Shown: positions 53,567 to 62,112 of the stretch, piece after piece
How positions within the stretch are numbered: position 1 is the stretch's first letter
Layout: each line of letters opens with the position of its first letter
Source: Myxococcota bacterium
GTDB taxonomy: Bacteria; Myxococcota_A; UBA9042; PHBI01; JAWLBL01
Direction of reading: 5' to 3'
DNA: 64,000 bases
Assembly (NCBI GenBank): GCA_041687695.1
Contig: JAWLBL010000015.1
Span: forward strand, 140,589-204,588
Translations under genes and position numbers: made by a program
The notes under the pieces: generated by a model
Told to the model about the DNA's origin: nothing
Database searches by the model: none
The model's input: only the letters and a program-made list of their open reading frames with translations

Positions 53567-54547
53567 ATGCCGACCGACACCCTCGCCCCGCGCCCCTCGC
53601 GCCGCCTCGGCCTCGCCGAGATGTTCGGCCTCACCCCGCTGTCCGAGCGCCTGCCGCAGCTGGCCATGGTCTTCCGCGGCGACCCCTACACGCCGCCCTC
53701 GCGCTTCGACCGCACCAGCCTGCGCGCGCTGATGCCCGGCCTCAGCCTGCGCACCTGGGCCGGCCAGCGCCGCCCCGACCGCCTCATCCCGCTGTACAAC
53801 CTGTTCAACCACACCCCGACCCCGGTCGAGGACGGCTGGTCGGTGCGCGTCACCCAGGTCCGCGACTTCCGCGGCGGCACCCAGACCTACGACAGCCACA
53901 ACGGCACCGACTTCGCCATCCCGGTCGGCACCGTCGTCACCGCCGCCGCCCCCGGCGTCGTCCTGCGCGTGTCCAACGAGTTCCACCGCGGCGGCCTGAA
54001 GGTCCTCATCGACCACGGCCACGGCGTCGTGACGACCAGCAACCACCTGGGGCGCGCCCTGGTCCGGCCCGGCGATCGCGTCGCGCGCGGCCAACCCGTC
54101 GCCCTATCGGGCGCCTCGGGGGTGGACATGGTCGCCGCCTTCCCGTGGAACACGCCGCACGTCCACTACAACACCTGGCTGAACGGCGAGCCGGTCGACC
54201 CGTTCGCCGTGGTCGGCGCGACCCCAGCCGAGGCGGCCCTGTGGCGCGACGGCAACGCCCCGCGCACCTGGACCGGCCCCCCCGACGCCGACTTCCCCGA
54301 CAGCGACTGGGACCCCGACGGGGTCGACGCCGCCATCGCCGCCTGCCGCGACCCGGCCCTGCGGGCCACGCTCTCGGCCCACCCCGAGCTGGCCGTCCGC
54401 GCCACCGCCGTCATGTTCCACCGCAACTACTTCCCGACGCGCTTCACGGCGCGCCCGCCGCTGTACCGCTCGGTCCACCCGCGCGCGCCGCTGCTGACCC
54501 TGCCCTTCAGCGCCGCCGACTTCGACGGCGTCGCCCCCCTGACCTGA
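53567..54547 (+). CDS. M23 family metallopeptidase
   Basis: HNGTD, V.AAAPG.V, IDHG, HL, SGASG, PHVH. Confidence 0.85.
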   Translation: MPTDTLAPRPSRRLGLAEMFGLTPLSERLPQLAMVFRGDPYTPPSRFDRTSLRALMPGLSLRTWAGQRRPDRLIPLYNLFNHTPTPVEDGWSVRVTQVRDFRGGTQTYDSHNGTDFAIPVGTVVTAAAPGVVLRVSNEFHRGGLKVLIDHGHGVVTTSNHLGRALVRPGDRVARGQPVALSGASGVDMVAAFPWNTPHVHYNTWLNGEPVDPFAVVGATPAEAALWRDGNAPRTWTGPPDADFPDSDWDPDGVDAAIAACRDPALRATLSAHPELAVRATAVMFHRNYFPTRFTARPPLYRSVHPRAPLLTLPFSAADFDGVAPLT

Positions 54548-54573
54548 CCCGAGCCCCGCGCCCCGAGTCCGCC

Positions 54574-55176
54574 ATGACCGACCTCGTCGTCTCGCCCGAA
54601 GGCCTCGTCCGCTGCCCCGACTGCGGCCGCCACGTCATCGCCGCCGCCGACCCGGCCCAGACCCGCTGTCCGTTCTGCGCCCGCGCCCCCGGCCGCTCCC
54701 CCGATCGCTCTGGGACCCTGACCCGCCTGGCCCGCGGCGGCGTCCTGGCGGCCGCGATGCTCGGCGTGTCCTCACCCGTCGTCGCCTGCTACGGCGGGCC
54801 GGGCATGGACTTCGACCCCGACGCGCTGGCCGACGCCGCTCCGTCCGCCCCGCTCAGCCAGGACCCCGCCGAGGTGGCCGACACGGCCGTGGCCCTGTCG
54901 GGCGTGGTGGTCGACGCCGTCAGCGGCGAGCCCGTCGCCGGCGCCTTCATCACCGTCGACGGCGAGCTGGCCGTGCGCACCCGCGACGACGGCGCCTGGG
55001 TGGTCACCCGGGCCCAGCACTTCCCCATGCAGGCCCCGGGCGCCCTGGTCGTCGTCGCCGCCTCGCACCCCGACTTCGCCTCGGCCGAGCTGGCCCTGCA
55101 GGTGCCCGGCAACCACGAACGCGACCTCGTCCTTGCCCTGACGCGCCTGTCCCAGGACGCCGACGCCACCGACTGA
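54574..55176 (+). CDS. Zn-ribbon + membrane/lipoprotein signal + carboxypeptidase-regulatory-like beta-sandwich protein
   Basis: CPDC...CPFC, a hydrophobic stretch ending VVACYGGP, then LSGVVVDAVSGEPVAGAFI. Confidence 0.65.
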   Translation: MTDLVVSPEGLVRCPDCGRHVIAAADPAQTRCPFCARAPGRSPDRSGTLTRLARGGVLAAAMLGVSSPVVACYGGPGMDFDPDALADAAPSAPLSQDPAEVADTAVALSGVVVDAVSGEPVAGAFITVDGELAVRTRDDGAWVVTRAQHFPMQAPGALVVVAASHPDFASAELALQVPGNHERDLVLALTRLSQDADATD

Positions 55177-55369
55177 GCGCCTCGCGCCGCGCGGTTTCGC
55201 GGACTTGCCGAGCTAATCGCCCGCCCGTTGCGATCGCCCCGTGACGGGCCGAGCATGGCCGGACTCCGCCCAGCCGCCGACCGCTCACGGACGCCCGTCG
55301 TCGCGAACCCACGCCGACGTCGGGTGAGGTGCGTCCGTGCGCCGCCGGCCCCACCCGAGGAGGCCGACC

Positions 55370-56608
55370 TTGGCACTCGACATCATGAAGGAGAAGGGCA
55401 CCCCGCTCGACCGCCAGCGCTTCGACTGGCGGGATCTCACGCGCGAGCCCATCTCCAAGCTCAACGACGACGCCTTCACGCGCGTCCGCATCATCCTGAT
55501 GAACGGCATCGAGCTGCAGACCGTGCGCATGTCGCACATGTTCGCGCGCATGAACCGCGAGCTGCGCCCCGAGCTGGCCGCCCTGCGGCGCGTCGACCAC
55601 CACCAGCAGACGCTCATCAACTGGCTCATCGGGCCCGACCACTCGCCGCTCGAGACCACCATCGCCTACGAGCAGGTCGCCATCGAGGTCACGGCGTCCA
55701 TCGCCATGAACGAGCCGGACCCGTACATGGCCCAGGCGCACCGCTTCGGGCTGCTCGAGGACTTCGACCACCTCTACCGCTACTCGGCCCTGCTCGAGCG
55801 CCTCGAGGGCAAGGACCCGAACAACATCCTGCAGTGTTACACGGACGTGCGCCCCGGCCGGCCGACCCACGTGCACCACCGCGCGCCGGTCGACGACCTC
55901 AACCGCCCCTACGATCGCAAGACGGCGCACCCGCTCAGCAAGCTCAACGCCATGACCCTGGTCGGCGGCGAGCAGCAGACGCGCGACTACTACATGAACG
56001 TCGGGCCGCTGTTCGCCGACCCCGTGGCGCGCGCGCTGTACGCCGAGATCGCCTCGGTCGAGGAGCAGCACGTCACCCACTACGAGTCGCTGCTCGACCC
56101 CGACGAGACGATGCTCGAGAAGTGGCTGCTGACCGAGGCCTGCGAGGCCTACAACTACATGAGCTGCGTGGCCTACGAGAGCAACCCCCGCATCAAGCAG
56201 ATCTGGGAGCGCTTCCTGGACTACGAGCTGGGCCAGCTGCACTTCGTGATGGATCTGTTCCGCAAGATCGAAAAGCGCGACCCGCTCGAGGTCCTGCCGG
56301 CCGAGCTGCCCGAGCCCATCAAGTACGAGAGCCACCGCGCGTTCATCACCGAGGTGCTCGAGAGCGAGGTGGATCTGCAGGCCTGCGGCACCGACTACAT
56401 GAAGGTCGGCGAGCTGCCGGCGGACTGGCCGTCGCAGGCCTACCGCGAGCAGCTCAACAGCAAGGGCGTGCCGTCGGACGTCGTGTCGGCCGGCTACATG
56501 TGGCAGCCGGGGACGGAGCTGGTGCGGGCGGCGGCCGAGCATCCGCCGAAGAACGGGCGCAACGGCAAGAGCGGGGGCCGCAACGGCAACGGGAGGGCCA
56601 AGCGATGA
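55370..56608 (+). CDS. Ferritin-like protein (tandem four-helix diiron-type motifs)
   Basis: GAGGAGG RBS and TTG start. EDFDHLYRY, EEQHVTHYE, ELGQLH. Confidence 0.7.
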   Translation: MALDIMKEKGTPLDRQRFDWRDLTREPISKLNDDAFTRVRIILMNGIELQTVRMSHMFARMNRELRPELAALRRVDHHQQTLINWLIGPDHSPLETTIAYEQVAIEVTASIAMNEPDPYMAQAHRFGLLEDFDHLYRYSALLERLEGKDPNNILQCYTDVRPGRPTHVHHRAPVDDLNRPYDRKTAHPLSKLNAMTLVGGEQQTRDYYMNVGPLFADPVARALYAEIASVEEQHVTHYESLLDPDETMLEKWLLTEACEAYNYMSCVAYESNPRIKQIWERFLDYELGQLHFVMDLFRKIEKRDPLEVLPAELPEPIKYESHRAFITEVLESEVDLQACGTDYMKVGELPADWPSQAYREQLNSKGVPSDVVSAGYMWQPGTELVRAAAEHPPKNGRNGKSGGRNGNGRAKR

Positions 56609-57336
56609 AGAAGTCGACCTCGATGGGGATGAACCGCACGGGCATGGACGCCTCGCCCAGGATGAAAAAGGAGATGGTCGCCAGCTCGCAGGCCGGCAAG
56701 CCGACGACGCAGGGCGGCGCCGAGGACCTGCTGCGGTTCCGCAGCGAGCTGTCCAAGGACATGGGGCCCATCGGCACCATGCCGCCGCCGTCGTCGGTCA
56801 AGGGCGCGGCCGCGGCCGGGATGAAGGCGCTCAAGGGCGAGCGGATGAACGTCCTGCTCGACAAGCTGGGCGAGCGCCTGGCCTTCGAGCGCACCGGCAC
56901 CCGCCTGTACGAGGCGATCATCGGCAAAAGCCGCACCGACCGCGGCTGGGACGGCGGGCCGACCGAGAAGGACCTCATCCGCATCCGCAACGACGAGCTG
57001 CGGCACTTCGGCCTGCTCCAGCGCACCATCGCCGACCTCGGCGCCGACCCGACGACCATGACGCCGTCGGCCGACATCACCGCGGTCGCCTCGATGGGCC
57101 TCTTGCAGGTCATCACCGACGGCCGCACGAGCCTCGCCGAGAGCCTGCACGCCATCTTCATCGCCGAGCTGGCCGACGAGCAGGGCTGGGACATGCTCAT
57201 CCAGCTCGCCCGCGACATGGGCCAGGACGACATGGCCAAGCAGTTCCAGGCGGCCCACGAGGACGAGATGACCCACGTCCGCGACGTCCGCCGCTGGCTC
57301 GACGCCTACGCCCAGTCCGAGGCCGGCACCGCCTGA
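56605..57336 (+). CDS. Ferritin-like domain protein
   Basis: ATGA overlap with the upstream gene. ERLAFERTGTRLYE, DELRH, ELADEQGW, DEMTH. Confidence 0.78.
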   Translation: MKKSTSMGMNRTGMDASPRMKKEMVASSQAGKPTTQGGAEDLLRFRSELSKDMGPIGTMPPPSSVKGAAAAGMKALKGERMNVLLDKLGERLAFERTGTRLYEAIIGKSRTDRGWDGGPTEKDLIRIRNDELRHFGLLQRTIADLGADPTTMTPSADITAVASMGLLQVITDGRTSLAESLHAIFIAELADEQGWDMLIQLARDMGQDDMAKQFQAAHEDEMTHVRDVRRWLDAYAQSEAGTA

Positions 57337-57348
57337 CCAACGAGCACG

Positions 57349-57383
57349 GCAGGTGTCAGGGCTCCCGCGACCCTGACACCTGC
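57349..57383. terminator. 13-bp perfect hairpin between convergent genes (motif B family); possible terminator/REP
   Basis: GCAGGTGTCAGGG-N9-CCCTGACACCTGC. The same arm recurs at 63468 and 63821. No U-tract. Confidence 0.6.
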
Positions 57384-57397
57384 TGCTGGCTCCGCGG

Positions 57398-59194
57398 CTA
57401 GTCAGCGCGACTCGTGCGCGAGCCGGTACGCGACTCCGGAACCCCTGACCGGCCTGTCGAGCGACCGCCCGAGCGGCGGCGGCGGCCATGGGCCCCGAGC
57501 ATGCCGAGCGCCGCCAGGACGCACGCCGCAGCGAAGCCCTGGTCGTCCCCTCCTGAGGCCTGGCACGCACCACAGGGGGGACCAGGCGCCACGGGCGTCG
57601 GGCCGAGCGTGAGCGCGATGGGCCCGCTCGTCGCCGCGTTCCCGGCCAGGTCGTACACCGTCACCACGACGCGTTCTACCTCCATGGGCCCGAGGACGAA
57701 GCTCGCCACGCATGACCAGATCGTCCCGAAGCGCCTCCGGACGTCGCCCCGCGACACCAAGCGGCGGACCTCGGACGGCCCTTCCACCACAAGCTCCAGG
57801 ACGAGGTCGTCCTCCGACGTCCGCTCGTCGGCCACGTGGTCGATGTCGACCCAGGCGGCGTCACCGCAGTTGACGAGCGCCAGATTCGATCCGGGGCGCA
57901 GCCCTTCGAGGGCGGGCGCCTCCTCGTCCCTCTCGGTAGCCAGCAGCCACAACGTTTGGGTGGCCATCTCACCGCGCGCTTCGAGCAGGTAGTACCGCCC
58001 AGTGGCGAGCTCCTCCTCGGGGCTCACCCAGAACGCCCCGGTCCCGTCGTGCGGCACTATCGTCAGCGGGATCCGCCGTCCCGGGCGAAAGGCGTCATCA
58101 CCTGCCAGCGGATCGGCTTCCCACAGACCCAGCTCGGGCGTCGCCCCGTCCGCTGGACCAGGATGAAGCAACTTCAGGTTGGTCGGGACCTCGAGCGCCG
58201 AAGACCGTATCGGAAACCCCAGACCCGGCCGAGCGCATGGACACCTCGTCGGACCATCGCAGCTCGCGCGCACGTCGACGGCGCCCGCCATGACCAGCCC
58301 GAGCGCCGCAACAGCACTCGCACCTCGGCGAAGTCTACGGCGCCGACGTCCCAGCACGCCAACGCCCAGCATTACCAGCACCACGAGCACCCAATCGGGG
58401 TGGCCGTCCCCCTGCTCGGGCGCAGCAGCGCAGCCGCCATTGTCGTGACACGACCCGTGTAGCGCCCCGCGTGCCACCACGACCTCGTTGGACGCCACCG
58501 CATCCGAAGCGACCCCATGAGCTCCGACGCGGCGCACCCGCGCGCGCACCGGGCGGTCGAGGAGCTTGGAGCGGCAGGCGGACAGGGCCATCGTCGGGGC
58601 CGCGGCCTCTTCGGAGCTGGTCACGATGACGCGCTCGTCCATGACCAGCCACCCATTCGCAGTCTCAGCTTCCACGACGACGTGGTAGATCACGTGCGAC
58701 TCGTCAGCGTCGGCTCCCTGCACGCTCAGCGTGTGTACCTGATTGACGGAGCACTCGGGGTCGGCGGGTCCGACGAGCGTCACCTCCGACAGCGCCGGAG
58801 GCTCGCGCGCCTCATCCGCTCCCGTCTCGAAGGTCCGCGTCACCCCATCGACGACGAGCTCGTAGCGGGTCCGCGGCTCCAAGGGCTCGACCGGAACGAC
58901 CCACCGCACATCCGCGGCCTGCCCGGGCTCCTCGAAGGCGAAGCGCTCGAGCGACAGGGCCACCGGCTCCTCCACGCGCTCCCCCGACGGCGTCAGGCGC
59001 CACAGGCCCACCCAATGCATGTCGGCTTCACGCAAGCATACGAGCATGCGCCCGTCGGGCGGCACCTCGCCGCCTTCCGGCGACGGCAGCAAGACGCGAC
59101 TCTGGGCACAGGGAACGCAGGCCACCGCGTCGGGCACTTCGGTCGGCATGTGACCCGCGAACAGCGTCGAGACGAGCACCCACCAGAGACTCAT
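57398..59194 (-). CDS. Two-module surface protein, each module ending in a MYXO-CTERM-like tail
   Basis: Two homologous halves (CxxC/CxC, EVP, GLW, WVxPxExL...RY), each followed by GGC/GAC, a TM helix and RRRR. Confidence 0.7.
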   Translation of the reverse strand: MSLWWVLVSTLFAGHMPTEVPDAVACVPCAQSRVLLPSPEGGEVPPDGRMLVCLREADMHWVGLWRLTPSGERVEEPVALSLERFAFEEPGQAADVRWVVPVEPLEPRTRYELVVDGVTRTFETGADEAREPPALSEVTLVGPADPECSVNQVHTLSVQGADADESHVIYHVVVEAETANGWLVMDERVIVTSSEEAAAPTMALSACRSKLLDRPVRARVRRVGAHGVASDAVASNEVVVARGALHGSCHDNGGCAAAPEQGDGHPDWVLVVLVMLGVGVLGRRRRRLRRGASAVAALGLVMAGAVDVRASCDGPTRCPCARPGLGFPIRSSALEVPTNLKLLHPGPADGATPELGLWEADPLAGDDAFRPGRRIPLTIVPHDGTGAFWVSPEEELATGRYYLLEARGEMATQTLWLLATERDEEAPALEGLRPGSNLALVNCGDAAWVDIDHVADERTSEDDLVLELVVEGPSEVRRLVSRGDVRRRFGTIWSCVASFVLGPMEVERVVVTVYDLAGNAATSGPIALTLGPTPVAPGPPCGACQASGGDDQGFAAACVLAALGMLGAHGRRRRSGGRSTGRSGVPESRTGSRTSRAD

Positions 59195-59504
59195 GTCATG
59201 TCCCCCGCACGCTGGCATCTACGCCGTGACGACGTGCGCTCACAGGTGCGCAACTCTTCAAGAACATCCGCGACGCTCCGCTCGTAAGGCTCTCGGTCAT
59301 CGACCCTCGTACTCCCGGCGCGAAACGCTCCGAGCGCAAGGGCTCCACGCACTCAAGAACCATGCCGCTCCAACCCAGCTCACGAACGGCCCAGACCCTC
59401 GTCCCCGTGCGCCCCGACGAGGGCGCCCCGCAAAGCAGGTAGACACCCCCTGCGCACCTGGTGGTCGATACAGGTCCCGTACTCGAGGGCCCAGCTCCGA
59501 GTCC

Positions 59505-59701
59505 CAGGGGCCACGTCCGCAAACGTTGAATTGCTCACCGTGCGAGACGCATGGGGTTCGGTTCGAAGCAGGCGTGTCGGAGGGGCGCTGCTGACGCCAG
59601 ACGGGCGTGATGTCGTCATGAGGTGCTCTCCGGCCAGTGGCGAAGGCTGGTTTGCACCGAGTCGATAGTGAGCAATTTGACTTCTGCGGACGTGGCCCCT
59701 G
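59505..59701. mobile_element. 197-bp MITE-like element with 34-bp terminal inverted repeats
   Basis: CAGGGGCCACGTCCGCAAACGTTGAATTGCTCAC (59505..59538) versus the reverse complement of 59668..59701: 30/34 identical, first 17 perfect. No clear target-site duplication. Confidence 0.65.
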
Positions 59702-59918
59702 AGTTTCAAGCCTGTCGATGATACCGCGGTGCCCAACCCGCTTGAACCCGCCGGACGGCGCCCGCGACGCCTCTGGACGGCGTCGTCGATCCTCGGCGAT
59801 GCCATGGCATCGCCTCCGGTTTCCTCCTTGCCAGAGGCGCCGCGGACACCGCCCTTCGGGCCCAATCTGGTCGATCACCGCTATGGCCGCCAGCGAGAAC
59901 TGAGAGGGGGCGCCGCCC

Positions 59919-60124
59919 TTCATCCCGTGCCCGCGATCCAAAGGTGTTCGTAAGTTGGGACCTGACCCTGGGACACTTCATCCCGTCCGCGATCCGGAGG
60001 TGTTCGTAAGTTGGGACTCGACCCCTGGGACCTGGGACCCGTAAGTTGGGACCTGACCCTGGGACACTTCATCCCGTCCGCGATCCGGAGGTGTTCGTAA
60101 GTTGGGACTCGACCCCTGGGACCT
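59919..60124 (+). repeat. Cluster of four motif-A copies including an 85-bp exact duplication
   Basis: Motif A at 59950, 60006, 60041 and 60097. 59949..60033 equals 60040..60124 (period 91). Confidence 0.92.
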
Positions 60125-60242
60125 CTGGTGTTTCAGCGCTGTCGCGCCACGTTGAGACATTCGTGCCGCCTGCCCCGCTGCGCTGCTGCCGGTTATCGCC
60201 AGCGCGCCTTACCTAGCCTCGCTCTCGGGGTCTGCCGGAGGC

Positions 60243-60258
60243 TGGCACGCCGCTTGCG
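60243..60258 (+). promoter_or_regulatory. sigma54 promoter candidate for tsdBA
   Basis: TGGCACGCCGCTTGCG, a consensus -24/-12 match 60 bp upstream of GTG 60318. Confidence 0.72.
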
Positions 60259-60317
60259 TACGCAGCCACCAGCGCCCGGAGAGGCGCGTAACCTCGTGAC
60301 TCAACAGAGGAACGGCT

Positions 60318-61031
60318 GTGGTTCGACGAGAGCTTGGATCAAGGGCGCTGCTCATGGGCGCGGTAGGCCTCATCGGGGTCCTGACGACGCTGACGGCGCT
60401 GACCGCGCTGGCCGAGGGCACCGCCGCAGGCCCGGAGCAGGCCATGGTGGCCGCCGGAGGACGCATCGTGAAGGAAGGGACCCCCGGCGGCGCCGCCGCC
60501 TGCCTGGCCTGCCACGGCGCGGACGGCGCCGGCAACGCGGCCGCGGGCTTCCCGCGCCTGACGCAGCTGGAGCCGGCCTACATGGTGCGCCAGATGCAGG
60601 CCTACAAGGCCGGTCTGCGCGATGACCCGGTGATGGGCGGGGTAGCCCGGGTGATGAGCGAGGAGGAGATGCGGGCGGCGGCGGCCTGGTACGGCGCCCA
60701 GCAGCCTGGGCCGCCCACGGCGCCGGCCCAGGCGGACGAGGCCCTGGTCACCCGGGGCGCCGACATAGCCCTCCACGGCCGCTGGGGGCGGACCATCCCC
60801 GCCTGCGTCCAGTGCCACGGCCCCGAGGGCCAGGGCATCGGGCCCAACTTCCCGGCCCTGGCGGGCCAGCACGCAACGTACATCGCGACCCAGCTCCATC
60901 GCTGGAAGGAGGGCAAGCGCAAGGGTGACCCCAACGGCCTGATGCGGGTGGTTGCCGAGCGGATGACCGACGAGGAGATCGCAGCCGTAGCTGCCTACTT
61001 CGCGTCCCTGCCCTCCGTCGAGACGAGATAG
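60318..61031 (+). CDS. tsdB: Diheme cytochrome c4, TsdB-like
   Basis: Signal peptide, CLACHG and CVQCHG, FPRL/FPALAGQ, distal Met residues. Directly upstream of tsdA. Confidence 0.8.
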   Translation: MVRRELGSRALLMGAVGLIGVLTTLTALTALAEGTAAGPEQAMVAAGGRIVKEGTPGGAAACLACHGADGAGNAAAGFPRLTQLEPAYMVRQMQAYKAGLRDDPVMGGVARVMSEEEMRAAAAWYGAQQPGPPTAPAQADEALVTRGADIALHGRWGRTIPACVQCHGPEGQGIGPNFPALAGQHATYIATQLHRWKEGKRKGDPNGLMRVVAERMTDEEIAAVAAYFASLPSVETR

Positions 61032-61034
61032 CCC

Positions 61035-62054
61035 ATGAACATCACGACCCGCCTCAGTCGCCTCCGGTGGCGCATCGGCGCCTGGATCGTCCCGGCGTCC
61101 CTGCTGGCCGCCTGTCAGACCGATGGGCGTCTGGACGAGCCGGCGACCTGGGCCGACGTCGGGGCCGAGACCCCCTCGCCCAAGGGGCCGGCCGGCACCG
61201 TCCGCGACTACCAGGTCGAGCTGCCCAAGGCCCCGCCGGTCGACGACCGCGGCTACTTCCAGCCGCCCGCGCGCGACCAACTCCCCGAGGGGCCCTTTGG
61301 CGAGGCGGTCCGCCGCGGGATGGTCATCTTCAACGACACCCCCCGGGCCGTCCCGGACCTCGTCGGCAACGACCTGGCCTGCGCCAACTGCCACCTCGAC
61401 CAGGGGCGCCTGGCCAACTCGGCGCCGATGTGGGCCGCTTGGGTGGCCTACCCGGCCTACCGCCGCAAGAATGACCGGGTCAACACCATGGAGGACCGCA
61501 TCCGCGGCTGCTTCCGCTACTCGATGAACGCCCAGGCCTCCAGGGCCGGCCAGGAGCCGCCGGCCGGGCACCCGGCGCTGACGGACCTACAGGCCTACAT
61601 GTACTGGCTGGCCCAGGGCGCCCCCACCGGCGGCAACCTGCCAGGCCGCGGCTACCCCGAGCCGCCCGAGCCGGAGGGGGGCTGGGATGTGACGCGGGGC
61701 GCAGCCATCTACACCGAAAAGTGCGCTATCTGTCACGGCGAGGACGGTCAGAGTGCGAAGCTGGCCGACGGCCGCGTGGCCTTCCCGCCGCTCTGGGGCG
61801 AGCGGTCTTACAACTGGGGCGCCGGCATGCACCGGATCAACACCGCCGCCGCCTTCATCCAGGCCAACATGCCCCTCGGCCAGCCCGGGACCCTGAGCGA
61901 CCAGGAGGCCTGGGACGTCGCGGCCTTCATCAACAGCCACGACCGCCCCCCGGACCCGCGCAACGAGGGCGACCTGAAGGTCACCGACGAGCGCTTCCAC
62001 GACCACGCCTGCCGCTTCGGGGAGAGCGTCGAGGGCGAGACCCTCGGCGACTAG
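61035..62054 (+). CDS. tsdA: Thiosulfate dehydrogenase/tetrathionate reductase TsdA (diheme c, lipoprotein)
   Basis: LAAC lipobox, CANCHLD, RIRGCFRYSMN (active-site Cys), CAICHG, PPLWG..SYNWGAGM, ANMP. Confidence 0.85.
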   Translation: MNITTRLSRLRWRIGAWIVPASLLAACQTDGRLDEPATWADVGAETPSPKGPAGTVRDYQVELPKAPPVDDRGYFQPPARDQLPEGPFGEAVRRGMVIFNDTPRAVPDLVGNDLACANCHLDQGRLANSAPMWAAWVAYPAYRRKNDRVNTMEDRIRGCFRYSMNAQASRAGQEPPAGHPALTDLQAYMYWLAQGAPTGGNLPGRGYPEPPEPEGGWDVTRGAAIYTEKCAICHGEDGQSAKLADGRVAFPPLWGERSYNWGAGMHRINTAAAFIQANMPLGQPGTLSDQEAWDVAAFINSHDRPPDPRNEGDLKVTDERFHDHACRFGESVEGETLGD

Positions 62055-62112
62055 CCTCTCACTGTGCACTCCCGGCAGCCCGTAGCCGGGGGCCCCCCAC
62101 GAACAAGGCCCC

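Noticed and set aside
59919..60124. Mini-CRISPR or integron attC array
   Set aside because: The intervening sequences are duplicates of each other, there is no RYYYAAC...GTTRRRY pairing, and no cas or integrase gene is present.
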